The notes: a model not told the origin generated them from the sequence alone. A stretch of DNA of 64,000 nt from an uncultured Bacteroidaceae bacterium (GCA_905235575.1 CAJOLZ010000010.1:13186-77185); one strand, 5' to 3'; positions 44,032 to 55,188 are shown, counted from the stretch's first letter. Numbers and translations are program-made.

Positions 44032-45750
44032 ATGGGACATAAGGTTTCCTTGCTGGTGGTGCTGATGCTGATGTCGTTCTGCGCATCGGCACAGACGCGC
44101 TTCGACTATTTCTTCCTCGAAGCAGAGAAGTTCCGCATGGCAGGTGACTTCACCACAGCCGCTGAACTCTATCAGCATTGTCTCGACATCAATCCAGACG
44201 CAGCCGAAGCCGTCTACAACCTGAGCCTCTTCCAGTTTGGTTTCCGGCAAGATTCTCTCGGCATGGCACAGCTGAAACGTGCCACCGAACTGGCACCCGA
44301 CAATCCATGGTATCTGGAAACGCTGGCATCGCTCTATCTGCAGGAACGAAACACCGATGAGGTCATTCCTGTGCTGGAACACATTACGACCATACAGACA
44401 CGCCGCTCGGACATTCTCGAGCAGCTGTCCAACATCTATCGCACCGTGGGCCGCACCGACAAAGCCATCGAAGCACTGAATCGCATCGAACTGCTCGAAG
44501 GGAAGTCGGCACAGCTCAGTGTGGAGAAAGCATCGCTCTACAAAGAGTTGGAACAAGATGAGAAAGCCGAGGCTGAACTGCAATCGCTGATGGAAGAATT
44601 TCCGCACGACATGAACACGAAAGTGATTGTGGGTAACGAATACCGAAAATACGGAGAAAGCGAAAAGGCTTGGGCTGTGTATCGCGAAGTTCAGGAACAG
44701 GAACCCACAAACGCCTATCTGCAGTTGGCTCTGCTCGACTACTACCAATCAGTAAGCGATTACACACGTTTCAACCATCTGCGCGATTCGCTCCTCTATG
44801 ACGACCATACCGCCAACCGCCTGCGAGTGGCACTGATGCGCGATTACATCGACAAGTCGCAACGCGATACCTCGTTGCGTGCTTCGCTCATGCAGACATT
44901 CGACGCTGTGCTGGCCCGACCGCAAGACGATATTCAGTTGCTCTCGCTGAAAGCCGCTTACCAGACTTACATCAAAGTCGACAAAAAGGATGTGGCACAG
45001 ACCATGAGACAGATTCTAGAGGTGGAGCCTGGCAACCAGTGGGCTCTCTCTACATTGCTCCAATTCTACGCCGAGGAAAACGACTTCGAAGGAGTGGAAG
45101 ACATCTGCCGACAAGGAGTGAACTATCGCCCCGAGGAACTGGGCTATCCTTATTATCTGGCACTGGCACTCAGCATGCAAGACAAGCCTCAGGAAGCCAT
45201 CGACGTGCTTTGTCAGGGACTGCGTACAAAGGGTGACGATGCCATGCCCGAACTTCTCTCTGACATCTATTCCGTCTTGGGCGACCTTTATGCACAGGAA
45301 AAACGCATACAGGATGCCTTCGAAGCATACGACTCGGCTCTCGTCTATGTGGAGGACAATCCCAGCGTGCTCAACAACTATGCCTACAACCTGAGCCTGC
45401 GTGACGAACAGCTCGACCGAGCCGAACAGATGAGTTACCGAGCCATCAAAGCTGAGCCGCGCAACATCAACTACCTCGACACCTATGCCTGGATTCTCTT
45501 CATGAAGGAGGATTATGCCGCAGCACGCATATATATCGACAAGGTCGTGAGCCCCACTGCAACCGATGAGGAACTGCTCGCACAAGACAGCCTCACGGGC
45601 GTTCTCATCGAGCATGCCGGAGACATTTACATGCGTTGCGAGGAACCGTCACAGGCACTACGCTACTGGAAACTGGCCGAGAAAAAAGACGACGGCACAT
45701 GCAGCAAGATGCTGCACAAGAAAATAAAACGCAAGAAATTCCTTAAATAG
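44032..45750 (+). CDS. tetratricopeptide repeat (TPR) protein, secreted
   Basis: It has a signal peptide (MGHKVSLLVVLMLMSFCASAQ) and many TPR-like A/Y/L-periodic repeats. The start is trimmed from the track start at 43945, which overlaps dut. Confidence 0.8.
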   Translation: MGHKVSLLVVLMLMSFCASAQTRFDYFFLEAEKFRMAGDFTTAAELYQHCLDINPDAAEAVYNLSLFQFGFRQDSLGMAQLKRATELAPDNPWYLETLASLYLQERNTDEVIPVLEHITTIQTRRSDILEQLSNIYRTVGRTDKAIEALNRIELLEGKSAQLSVEKASLYKELEQDEKAEAELQSLMEEFPHDMNTKVIVGNEYRKYGESEKAWAVYREVQEQEPTNAYLQLALLDYYQSVSDYTRFNHLRDSLLYDDHTANRLRVALMRDYIDKSQRDTSLRASLMQTFDAVLARPQDDIQLLSLKAAYQTYIKVDKKDVAQTMRQILEVEPGNQWALSTLLQFYAEENDFEGVEDICRQGVNYRPEELGYPYYLALALSMQDKPQEAIDVLCQGLRTKGDDAMPELLSDIYSVLGDLYAQEKRIQDAFEAYDSALVYVEDNPSVLNNYAYNLSLRDEQLDRAEQMSYRAIKAEPRNINYLDTYAWILFMKEDYAAARIYIDKVVSPTATDEELLAQDSLTGVLIEHAGDIYMRCEEPSQALRYWKLAEKKDDGTCSKMLHKKIKRKKFLK

Positions 45751-45759
45751 CGCACAGCG

Positions 45760-46620
45760 ATGAAACATTTCAGATACCTCATACTCCTGCTCGCAGCCAT
45801 TCTCGTGGCAAGTTGCGGCAGCCGAAAGAAAACCCTCGAGGCCAGCTCCGGGACGTTGCCCGAAATGATGGACAACTCTGCCTCTGCCCTCAATGCGATG
45901 GTAACATCAATCAACGACAACCGTCTGACGACGCAGGCTTTCACGTCGCGCATGAATCTCTCGCTGGCTGCAGGAGAGAAAAGCATAAACGTGGGAGGCA
46001 CGCTGAAGATGAAGCGCGACGATGTGATACAGATGACACTCGTCATGCTGGGACTGATGGAAGTGGGCCGCATGGAACTGACGAAGGATTACTTCATGAT
46101 TGTAAACCGCATGGAGCGTCAATACGTGAAAGCGTCGTACGACGACATCGCGTTCTTCAAACGCAACGGCATCGACTTCTACGCCTTCCAGTCGCTCTTT
46201 TGGGACGAGCTCTTCCTTACCGGTGGGCAAGGCTCAGCGCCCGACGCAAAGAAGTTCACCAAGACGGTCGAGGGTAGCAACCTGCGACTTGTCAACAGCG
46301 ATGCACGCCAGATGGTGCTCACATTCCTTGCCGACATGGCCAAGGGCACGGTCCGCAGCACTTCGTTCGCCAGCAAAGACGCTCCGGACGAGGTTGTGCT
46401 GAACTGGAATTATCAGGACTACACGAAACTGAACAAACAGGACTTCCCGTCGCGGATGCAAGTGCAGGTAAACGCTTCGTCGAAGCCGCTTTCAGCCACC
46501 ATATCGCTGAGCAACCTGAAAGCCAGTTCCGACTGGGAGAAGCGCACTGAGCTTGGAAAGAAGTACACACAGATCTCGATGGACGAGGTCGTCAACAGCA
46601 TCATGCGTCTGGCAAAATAA
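45760..46620 (+). CDS. DUF4292-like lipoprotein (LolB-like fold family)
   Basis: 286-aa ORF with a lipoprotein signal (LLLAAILVASCGS). The dut-TPR-DUF4292-M23 neighbourhood is one I recognise from Bacteroidales. Confidence 0.65.
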   Translation: MKHFRYLILLLAAILVASCGSRKKTLEASSGTLPEMMDNSASALNAMVTSINDNRLTTQAFTSRMNLSLAAGEKSINVGGTLKMKRDDVIQMTLVMLGLMEVGRMELTKDYFMIVNRMERQYVKASYDDIAFFKRNGIDFYAFQSLFWDELFLTGGQGSAPDAKKFTKTVEGSNLRLVNSDARQMVLTFLADMAKGTVRSTSFASKDAPDEVVLNWNYQDYTKLNKQDFPSRMQVQVNASSKPLSATISLSNLKASSDWEKRTELGKKYTQISMDEVVNSIMRLAK

Positions 46621-46630
46621 ATTCGTGGCT

Positions 46631-47965
46631 ATGCGTCGTTTTCTCATCCTCGGCCTTCTGCTCCTTTCCCTGCACAGTGCTGCGCAAAACAGCAAGCAGG
46701 TGAAAGCGCTTCAGCAGCAAAAGACCGAGCTGCAGAAGACGCTCAACAAGGCGCGTGCCGACCTCGACGTAGCCAAGCAGAAAGTGCGCACCGGGCAGCA
46801 GAGCCTCAGCTTCCTGGACATGCAGATGGACACACGTCTCAACTACATACGCCAGCTCGAAACCGAGATGAACAGCCTCGACGCAGACATCGCCAAGCTG
46901 CAGAACAACATCAGGGCCGGCGAAAAGGAACTGGCCGTCAAGCGAGAGAAACTGAAACAGGCCCTGCTTTATGCACGCACCCGACGCACTCAGCAAAGCC
47001 CCCTCCTCTTTCTGCTCTCATCGAAGAACGTCACACAACTCTACAGACGTGCACGCTACGCCAATCAATTTGCGCTATATCAGCACCGTCTGGGTGAGCA
47101 GATCATGGCGAAACAGAACCAGTTGCTGTCCGACGAGAGCCGTCTGCTCGATTCGAAGAGTCAGATGAACGGGCTGCTGCGCGAAGTCATGGACCAGCGG
47201 CGACAGCTGAACGTGCAGCAAATCCAGCAGCAGAAACGTGTGAACGGTCTGAAACAGCACGAGACCGACCTGGCCGGAAAAGTGGCACAGCAACAGAAGC
47301 AACTGAACGCGCTGAACAAGAAAATTGACGAGCTGATTGCCTACGAAATTGAGCAGGCACGCAAGCGCGCTGAGGAGGCCGCCAAGAAAAAAGCTGCCGA
47401 GGAAGCTGCGAAAAAGAAGAAGACCACAACGACCACCAAGGGCAAGAGCACCACGACGAAGGAGAAGACCACCTCCACAACATCCACCTCAAAGACCACA
47501 ACGACAACCGCCGCCAAGAAAGACGGATGGCTCACCCCCGAAGAACGCAAGCTGAACGGCTCGTTCGAGCAGAACAAGGGTCGTCTGCCCGTGCCCATCA
47601 CCGGCCAGTATATGCTGGGCAACCGATTCGGCGTCTACAACGTGCAGGGACTGAAAAACGTGCAGCTCGACAACAAGGGCACCAACTATGTGGGCCATCC
47701 CGGCGCCCGCGCCCGGAGCGTCTTCGACGGCGAGGTCACGGCCGTATTCCAGTTCGACGGAACGAAAAACGTCCTCGTGCGCCACGGCAGCTACATCTCG
47801 GTCTACTGCAACCTCTCGTCGGTCATCGTTACCAAGGGGCAGAAGGTGAAGGCACGCGACGTGCTCGGCACCGTAGCCACAGATTCCGAGGGAAACTGCA
47901 TCCTCCACTTCCAGCTCCGCAAGGAGACGGCCAAACTGAATCCCGAAGCCTGGATAGGGCGATAG
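46631..47965 (+). CDS. M23 family metallopeptidase / murein hydrolase activator (EnvC-like)
   Basis: It has a signal peptide (MRRFLILGLLLLSLHSAAQ), a long coiled-coil, a K/T-rich linker and a C-terminal LytM-type domain (KGRLPVPITG...GVFDGEVTAV...VLVRHGSYISVYCNL...ILHFQLRKE). Confidence 0.85.
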   Translation: MRRFLILGLLLLSLHSAAQNSKQVKALQQQKTELQKTLNKARADLDVAKQKVRTGQQSLSFLDMQMDTRLNYIRQLETEMNSLDADIAKLQNNIRAGEKELAVKREKLKQALLYARTRRTQQSPLLFLLSSKNVTQLYRRARYANQFALYQHRLGEQIMAKQNQLLSDESRLLDSKSQMNGLLREVMDQRRQLNVQQIQQQKRVNGLKQHETDLAGKVAQQQKQLNALNKKIDELIAYEIEQARKRAEEAAKKKAAEEAAKKKKTTTTTKGKSTTTKEKTTSTTSTSKTTTTTAAKKDGWLTPEERKLNGSFEQNKGRLPVPITGQYMLGNRFGVYNVQGLKNVQLDNKGTNYVGHPGARARSVFDGEVTAVFQFDGTKNVLVRHGSYISVYCNLSSVIVTKGQKVKARDVLGTVATDSEGNCILHFQLRKETAKLNPEAWIGR

Positions 47966-47967
47966 CA

Positions 47968-48052
47968 GGAAACGCACCGTGGTGCGACAGGCATCGCAAC
48001 GTGGTGCGACGGCCGTCGCAGCGTGCTGCGTCACACGTCGTTCCACAGCACC
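47968..48052 (-). repeat. 22-bp-periodic palindromic repeat element (locus H)
   Basis: GGAAACGCACCGTGGTGCGACAGGCATCGCAACGTGGTGCGACGGCCGTCGCAGCGTGCTGCGTCACACGTCGTTCCACAGCACC. It starts 3 nt after the M23 stop. Confidence 0.85.
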
Positions 48053-48071
48053 TTTTCCCGACCTCTCATGA

Positions 48072-48095
48072 AAGCCTCTTAAAGAGGCTTTTTTT
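48072..48095 (+). terminator. intrinsic terminator downstream of the M23 gene
   Basis: AAGCCTCT-taa-AGAGGCTT forms an 8-bp stem followed by TTTTT. Confidence 0.65.
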
Positions 48096-48131
48096 CTACC
48101 CTCATTGCTTGTGTATTTGGGAAAATATCCG

Positions 48132-48139
48132 TAAATTTG
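48132..48139 (+). promoter_or_regulatory. candidate -7 promoter box (CGTAAATTTG) for gyrB
   Basis: TAAATTTG lies 24 nt upstream of the ATG at 48164. Confidence 0.55.
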
Positions 48140-48163
48140 TACCGAATTAAGAAACAACAAAGA

Positions 48164-50128
48164 ATGGAAGAAATTCAGAGGAATAATGCTGAGTATAGTG
48201 CCTCGAACATACAAGTGCTCGAGGGCTTGGAGGCAGTGCGCAAACGACCTGCCATGTATATTGGCGACATCAGCCGAAAGGGTCTGCACCATCTGGTATA
48301 CGAGACGGTGGACAACTCCATCGACGAGGCACTGGCCGGATATTGCACACACATAGAGGTCTTCATCAACGAGGACAACAGCATCACCGTGCAGGACAAC
48401 GGCCGCGGCATCCCCGTGGACATGCACGAGAAGGAGCACAAGAGCGCGCTCGAAGTGGTGATGACGGTGCTCCACGCGGGAGGTAAATTCGACAAAGGCT
48501 CCTATAAGGTGAGTGGCGGTCTGCACGGCGTGGGTGTCAGTTGCGTGAACGCCCTTTCGACCAAAATGATTTCGACCGTCTATCGCGACGGAAAGATATA
48601 TCAGCAGGAATACTCCTGCGGCAAGCCCACGACGGGCGTGGAGGTGGTGGGCGAGACCGACCTGCGCGGCACACGCCAGCAGTTCTGGCCCGACGGCAGC
48701 ATCTTCACCACCACCACATACGAATATGACATTCTGGCCAACCGCATGCGCGAACTGGCCTATCTGAACGCAGGAATCACCATCACACTCACCGACCTGC
48801 GTCCCGACGAGGAGGGTAACACCCGCACCGAGAAATTCTACAGCGAGGGTGGTCTGCGCGACTTCGTACGATATATCGACTCGAGCCGCACACACCTCTT
48901 CAACGACGTCATCTACCTGAACACCGAAAAGCAGGGCGTGCCCATCGAAGTGGCCATCATGTACAACACCGCCTACACCGAGAACCTGCACTCCTACGTC
49001 AACAATATCAACACGATAGAGGGTGGAACTCACCTGCAGGGCTTCCGCACCGCACTGACACGAACCCTGAAGACCTACGCCGAGGCACAATGCCAGAAGG
49101 AACTCGAGAAACTGGCCAAGAACCATGTGGAAATCAGCGGCGAGGACTTCCGCGAGGGTCTGACAGCAGTCATCAGCATCAAGGTGGCAGAGCCGCAGTT
49201 CGAGGGACAGACCAAGACAAAGTTGGGCAACTCGGAGGTGGCAGGCGCTGTGCAGCAGGCTGTTGGCGAGGCACTTTCGAACTATCTGGAAGAGCATCCT
49301 CAGGAGGCAAAACTCATTGTGGACAAGGTGATGCTGGCCGCCACGGCACGTGTGGCAGCACGCAAGGCCCGCGAGAGTGTGCAGCGCAAAAGCCCCATGG
49401 GCGGCGGCGGACTGCCCGGCAAACTGGCCGACTGCTCCGACAAAGACGCTGCCAACTGCGAGCTCTTCATCGTGGAGGGCGATTCGGCCGGCGGCTCAGC
49501 CAAGCAGGGACGCAAACGTCAGTTCCAGGCCATCCTGCCCATTCGCGGTAAGATTTTCAACGTGGAGCGCGTGATGTGGCACAAGGCCTTCGAACACGAG
49601 GAGGTGAACAACATCATACAGGCACTGGGAGTGCGCTTCGGACTGGGCGAGGACTCAAAAGAAGCCAACTACGAGAAGCTGCGCTACTACAAGACCATCA
49701 TCATGACCGATGCCGACGTCGATGGCTCGCACATCGACACGCTGCTGATGACGCTCTTCTACCGATACATGCCCGAACTCATCCAGAACGGCCACCTCTA
49801 CATCGCCACACCCCCACTCTACCGCTGCCGTGTGGGAAAGAACGAGGAATACTGCTACACCGAGGAGGACCGTCTGCGCTTCATGGAGAAATACAACGGC
49901 GGCAAGGAAGACGGCATGTTCACACAACGCTACAAAGGTTTGGGTGAAATGAACCCCGAACAGCTGTGGGAGACCACCATGAACCCCGAAACACGACTGC
50001 TCAAGCAGGTGACCATCGACGATGCCGCCCGCGCCGACTACGTGTTCTCGATGCTCATGGGCGAAGACGTGGGACCGCGCCGCGACTTCATCGAGCAGAA
50101 CGCAACTTTCGCAAACATAGACGCTTAA
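48164..50128 (+). CDS. gyrB: DNA gyrase subunit B
   Basis: MEEIQRNNAEYSASNIQVLEGLEAVRKRPAMYIG, a GHKL ATPase (DNGRGIP, LHGVGVS), a TOPRIM domain (FIVEGDSAGGSAKQGR, PIRGKIFNVE) and IMTDADVDGSHI. The start is trimmed from the TTG at 48137. Confidence 0.95.
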   Translation: MEEIQRNNAEYSASNIQVLEGLEAVRKRPAMYIGDISRKGLHHLVYETVDNSIDEALAGYCTHIEVFINEDNSITVQDNGRGIPVDMHEKEHKSALEVVMTVLHAGGKFDKGSYKVSGGLHGVGVSCVNALSTKMISTVYRDGKIYQQEYSCGKPTTGVEVVGETDLRGTRQQFWPDGSIFTTTTYEYDILANRMRELAYLNAGITITLTDLRPDEEGNTRTEKFYSEGGLRDFVRYIDSSRTHLFNDVIYLNTEKQGVPIEVAIMYNTAYTENLHSYVNNINTIEGGTHLQGFRTALTRTLKTYAEAQCQKELEKLAKNHVEISGEDFREGLTAVISIKVAEPQFEGQTKTKLGNSEVAGAVQQAVGEALSNYLEEHPQEAKLIVDKVMLAATARVAARKARESVQRKSPMGGGGLPGKLADCSDKDAANCELFIVEGDSAGGSAKQGRKRQFQAILPIRGKIFNVERVMWHKAFEHEEVNNIIQALGVRFGLGEDSKEANYEKLRYYKTIIMTDADVDGSHIDTLLMTLFYRYMPELIQNGHLYIATPPLYRCRVGKNEEYCYTEEDRLRFMEKYNGGKEDGMFTQRYKGLGEMNPEQLWETTMNPETRLLKQVTIDDAARADYVFSMLMGEDVGPRRDFIEQNATFANIDA

Positions 50129-50168
50129 CACACGAATCGGTCGTCAGACCGACAGACGCGAACATCAA

Positions 50169-50200
50169 ACAAAAGGCTCTCAGGAGCCTTTTGTTGTTTT
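50169..50200 (+). terminator. intrinsic terminator of gyrB
   Basis: ACAAAAGGCTC-tcag-GAGCCTTTTGT forms an 11-bp stem followed by TGTTTT. Confidence 0.7.
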
Positions 50201-50263
50201 ATGGGGTCGTCATGTTTTCATGCTTCTCAAGTTCATGCATTCAGGAGTCGAAGTGGAGATCTT

Positions 50264-50347
50264 AAAAACGCACCGTGGTTCGACAGGCGTCGCAGCACGC
50301 TGCGACAGCCTTCGCAACGTGGTGCGACAAGCGTAGAACCACGGTGG
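50264..50347 (-). repeat. 22-bp-periodic palindromic repeat element (locus I)
   Basis: AAAAACGCACCGTGGTTCGACAGGCGTCGCAGCACGCTGCGACAGCCTTCGCAACGTGGTGCGACAAGCGTAGAACCACGGTGG. It abuts the stop (50349) of the minus-strand GH-like gene. Read on the minus strand it ends in GCGTTTTT. Confidence 0.85.
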
Positions 50348-50348
50348 A

Positions 50349-52247
50349 TTATTTCAGCCAGCGAAAACGGAAGTTGAAACGACGGTTGGGAGCCGTGTCA
50401 CCAGTGGTGCAGAGCGAAATTATGCTGTCCAAGTCACTCGGATTGTCAGCCCACTTGAAGTCGAAGTCGATTCGGTTTCCATCGGCACCAAGCAACTTGC
50501 GCGGAACGGCTATTTCCATCTGATTGCCGTTTGCAGCATAAGCCAGCTCGGCCGTCTGTGTCCACTGGCTGCTGCCAGCATCGTACTGCATGAGCGTGGT
50601 GCGGCGGCCATCCACGACACGGTTGTTGATGACGAATTCATAACCCTCCCATCCGGTGGAGACATTCTGGTCCGCATCGATGAAGAGCATCATCCAGCAG
50701 GGGTCAGTGCTGGGCGTGAGGGGCTTGGCGGTCTGGACATAGAAATAGACGTTACGTTTGTCCACCGCCACACGCGAAACGACAATATCGTTGCGACCGC
50801 TGCTGTCGCGATAGTGCAGATTGCCATAGCCGTCGTGGTCGCGGTGCGTTACATCGCCCTTTGTATCCTCATAATCAACCATTTCCGCATCCCAATCGAC
50901 GAAGTTCCCGTCGACCTTGATATTGCGGAAGCCTCGATTCAGGGGGATTTCGTGCACGCCCTTGTAGCGCCGGATATTCTGCACCATCTGCATGTAATAA
51001 TTGTCGGTGAAACCGCCCTTCATGGGGGCTATGGTGCGGCAGAACTCGGCATTATACTGGTCCACGAAATAGAAGGGGTTTGCGCGGCCCAGAAAGGTCG
51101 TGGGGCCGGGGAGGGTACCCGACGGATCGGTGCCGCTCTTATACTTGCCTGCGGTCCACTCGTTCCAGTCGTTCAGATAGACGAAATCGGGGTCAGCAGC
51201 CAAGGCCTCGTCCCATCGGTCCTGAAAATATATGCCGTAGGCCGTAGGGTTGTCCACCTCCTTTTCCAACCAGGGCACATAGGCTTTGGCCGGCATGTCG
51301 TGGTCGTCAAGCTGGGGTTCCTTGGTGTCTCTGCGCCAACTTTTCCCGACGATGCTTATGGGGTGCTGCGCCGGTGTCACGGCCATTTCCTCCAGTCGAC
51401 CTTCGTGGCGAGAGGCCAGTTCCTGAGGCGAGAGAGCACCCACCTTCGGGTCGTGCAGCTCGTAGCCGAAACTCCAGTTATCCTCGGTGCCCACGAACCG
51501 CTTGCCTGCCCACATATAGTATCCCCACCACATGTTGCGGAGCGTGAAAAATTGCTTCACCTCAGGCGAATAGTCGTTCTTGTCCATGCCGCCACCTACG
51601 TGGTTGGCATCCACATCGGGGTTCGCATTGTAGAGCAGGAGTGGCTTGCCGTGCCAGTAAAACCAGAGGTCCTGATAACGCGACGTGGCGTAGTAACGTT
51701 CGTAAAGCATCTGCACCACCCACGTCGTAGGCCCGTTGAATGCCCAGAAACAGAACTGGGGCACGCGGTTGCCCTCTGCCTTCATCTCAGTCATCGTCTG
51801 GAAGAGAACATCCCACTCGTCCCAATAGTGCACGGCATTCGTAACGTCCAGGATGAGCACGTCCACCCCCGCGTCGGATAGCATCATCAGGTCGTGGCGG
51901 ATGACGTATCGGTCCTGCGAAAGAAAGTATCCATATTCGGGTTCGCCCCAGTGATAGGAGCCGCCGGTCCATGCCTTACTCTCGTTATCGAGACGCGCAT
52001 TCGGGTCGGCATTCAGCACCTTCGTCACGTCGGCCTTGTATGGATTCCCGTCGTGCAGATTCTGCGTATGCCAAGTGATATAGAAGATGCCCACGGTGCG
52101 CGGTTTGTCGGTCTTCAGCGGAGCCTCCTCGTACGTAGGCATGACACGGCCCAAGCCATCGGTCGCAACCCATGTGTCGGCATTTTGTGCCATGATATTG
52201 ATGGTGCAGAAGAGAAAGAGCAAGGAGACAGGAAAAAGTTTTTTCAT
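50349..52247 (-). CDS. secreted glycoside-hydrolase-like protein (TIM-barrel-like N-domain plus C-terminal beta-sandwich). Family not resolved.
   Basis: It has a signal peptide (MKKLFPVSLLFLFCTINIMAQ). The N-terminal region FYITWH...YHWGEPEYGYFLSQDRYVIRHDLMMLSDAGVDVLILDVTN is reminiscent of uncharacterised GH-like families. The C-terminal VDGNFVDW...FIDADQN...FDFKWADN resembles a carbohydrate-binding module. The start is trimmed to the ATG at 52247. Confidence 0.5.
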   Translation of the reverse strand: MKKLFPVSLLFLFCTINIMAQNADTWVATDGLGRVMPTYEEAPLKTDKPRTVGIFYITWHTQNLHDGNPYKADVTKVLNADPNARLDNESKAWTGGSYHWGEPEYGYFLSQDRYVIRHDLMMLSDAGVDVLILDVTNAVHYWDEWDVLFQTMTEMKAEGNRVPQFCFWAFNGPTTWVVQMLYERYYATSRYQDLWFYWHGKPLLLYNANPDVDANHVGGGMDKNDYSPEVKQFFTLRNMWWGYYMWAGKRFVGTEDNWSFGYELHDPKVGALSPQELASRHEGRLEEMAVTPAQHPISIVGKSWRRDTKEPQLDDHDMPAKAYVPWLEKEVDNPTAYGIYFQDRWDEALAADPDFVYLNDWNEWTAGKYKSGTDPSGTLPGPTTFLGRANPFYFVDQYNAEFCRTIAPMKGGFTDNYYMQMVQNIRRYKGVHEIPLNRGFRNIKVDGNFVDWDAEMVDYEDTKGDVTHRDHDGYGNLHYRDSSGRNDIVVSRVAVDKRNVYFYVQTAKPLTPSTDPCWMMLFIDADQNVSTGWEGYEFVINNRVVDGRRTTLMQYDAGSSQWTQTAELAYAANGNQMEIAVPRKLLGADGNRIDFDFKWADNPSDLDSIISLCTTGDTAPNRRFNFRFRWLK

Positions 52248-52274
52248 GTAGTTTCGATATTTTATTTGCTTATG

Positions 52275-52282
52275 CAAATTTA
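52275..52282 (-). promoter_or_regulatory. candidate -7 promoter box (TAAATTTG on the minus strand) for the GH-like gene
   Basis: Matches TAnnTTTG and lies 27 nt upstream of the ATG at 52247. Confidence 0.5.
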
Positions 52283-52316
52283 GCCATAAATTCCGGATTA
52301 TTCAGAAAATAATGGT

Positions 52317-52324
52317 TATATTTG
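52317..52324 (+). promoter_or_regulatory. candidate -7 promoter box (TATATTTG) for ispG-rmuC
   Basis: Matches TAnnTTTG and lies 23 nt upstream of the ATG at 52348. Confidence 0.5.
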
Positions 52325-52347
52325 CATGATATAACACCCAAAGAAAG

Positions 52348-53742
<1,395 letters not shown>

Positions 53743-53754
53743 CATCTACACAAT

Positions 53755-55188
53755 ATGCAGGTCATTTATCTCATTATAGGTCTGGCCATTGGCGCGGCTC
53801 TCGGCACGCTGATTGCATGGCTGGCAGCACGTTCGAAGCACGAAGCGCTCAAGGTGCAACTGGAAACGAAGACTGAAGAACTGAAGAAACAGCAAGAGCA
53901 ATTCGACAAGAAGACTGCCGAAGAAGCCGAGCGCAGCAAGCAGACGCATGAGGAAACAAAGCAGCACTACGAACAACGCATCTCTGACATCGTCCAGCAG
54001 AACAGCCTGCAAGTGGAGACGCTGCGCAAGGAGCAGGAACGACACGACAAGGCTCAGAACGAACAATGGAATCAGCAGATGGCACTGCTGCGCGAGCAGA
54101 TGAACACCGCGAGCGAGCGTATTCTGAAGGAACGTGCACAAGAACTATCCACCGTCAACCGCGAGCAACTCTCCGTCATCCTCACACCTCTGCAGGAACG
54201 TCTGCAGGTGATGCAGCAGGAAAGCGAGAAGATGCGCCACGACCACAGTGTATCGCTGGAACGACTCGATGCTGCCATCCGCACGGCATGGGAGCGAGAG
54301 AAAGCCATGGGCGAGCAGACCGAGCGACTAGCACAGGCACTGACGGGCGAAAACAAGATACAGGGAAACTTCGGCGAACTGCGCCTGCGTCAGATTCTGC
54401 AAGACATGGAATTCGAGGAGGGCACTCAATATGAGGAGCAGAGCACGTTGCACGATGAGAACGGACGCACCCAGCACGATGCAGAGGGTCATCGGTTGGT
54501 GCCCGACGTGGTGCTGCACTTCCCCGACCATCGCGATGTCATCATCGACAGCAAGATGTCCTTCACCGCCTTCGTCGATTATCAGAACGCCACGTCGGAC
54601 GAAGAACGTACCTCAGCCCTGAATCGCCACCTGCAAAGCATGCGCAATCACGTGAAGGAACTGGCTCAGAAACAATACTATAAGTACACAAAACGAGAAC
54701 ATGCGCGCCTCGACTTCGTGCTGATGTACGTAAGCCAGGAGAGTGCCCTCCAGTTGGCGCTCATCAACGATGCCACGCTCTGGAAAGACGCCTACGACCA
54801 GGGGGTGGTCATCTCGGGCAGCCAGACGCTCTACATGACGCTGCGCGTTCTTGAGATGACGTGGAAGCAAGTGCAACAGGTGGAAAACCAAGAGAATATC
54901 ATGAAGGCTGCCAGCAACATCATCGATCGCGTGCAGAACTTTGCAGAGCGCTTTGCCCGCGTGGACGAGATGCTGACAAAAACACGCAAGGCGTTCGACG
55001 ACGTGAACACCGTCACGGCCACCTCGGGACAAAGCATCACCACGGCGGCACGCCAGTTGCTCAAGTACGGAGCACAAGAGAACCGCAAGAAAAAGTCGCT
55101 ATCAGCAGCCTCGCCCGCCATCGAACTGACGGACACTCAGGAGACGCCGAAACCCGAAATCACTGAGACGAGCGACACCGCAGAGTAG
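53755..55188 (+). CDS. rmuC: DNA recombination protein RmuC
   Basis: 477-aa ORF with an N-terminal TM, a long coiled-coil, and an RmuC nuclease-like core (PDVVLHFPDHRDVIIDSKMSFTAF...VLMYVSQESAL). Confidence 0.85.
   Translation: MQVIYLIIGLAIGAALGTLIAWLAARSKHEALKVQLETKTEELKKQQEQFDKKTAEEAERSKQTHEETKQHYEQRISDIVQQNSLQVETLRKEQERHDKAQNEQWNQQMALLREQMNTASERILKERAQELSTVNREQLSVILTPLQERLQVMQQESEKMRHDHSVSLERLDAAIRTAWEREKAMGEQTERLAQALTGENKIQGNFGELRLRQILQDMEFEEGTQYEEQSTLHDENGRTQHDAEGHRLVPDVVLHFPDHRDVIIDSKMSFTAFVDYQNATSDEERTSALNRHLQSMRNHVKELAQKQYYKYTKREHARLDFVLMYVSQESALQLALINDATLWKDAYDQGVVISGSQTLYMTLRVLEMTWKQVQQVENQENIMKAASNIIDRVQNFAERFARVDEMLTKTRKAFDDVNTVTATSGQSITTAARQLLKYGAQENRKKKSLSAASPAIELTDTQETPKPEITETSDTAE

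Noticed and set aside
47400-47525. A K/T-rich low-complexity stretch (KKKKTTTTTKGKSTTTKEKTTSTTSTSKTTTTTAAKK) lies in the M23 protein. I considered it as a separate repeat or glycosylation feature.
   Set aside because: It is in frame within a well-supported gene and looks like a flexible linker between the coiled-coil and LytM domains. It lacks the D(S/T)(A/I/L/V/M/T) Bacteroidetes O-glycosylation motif.
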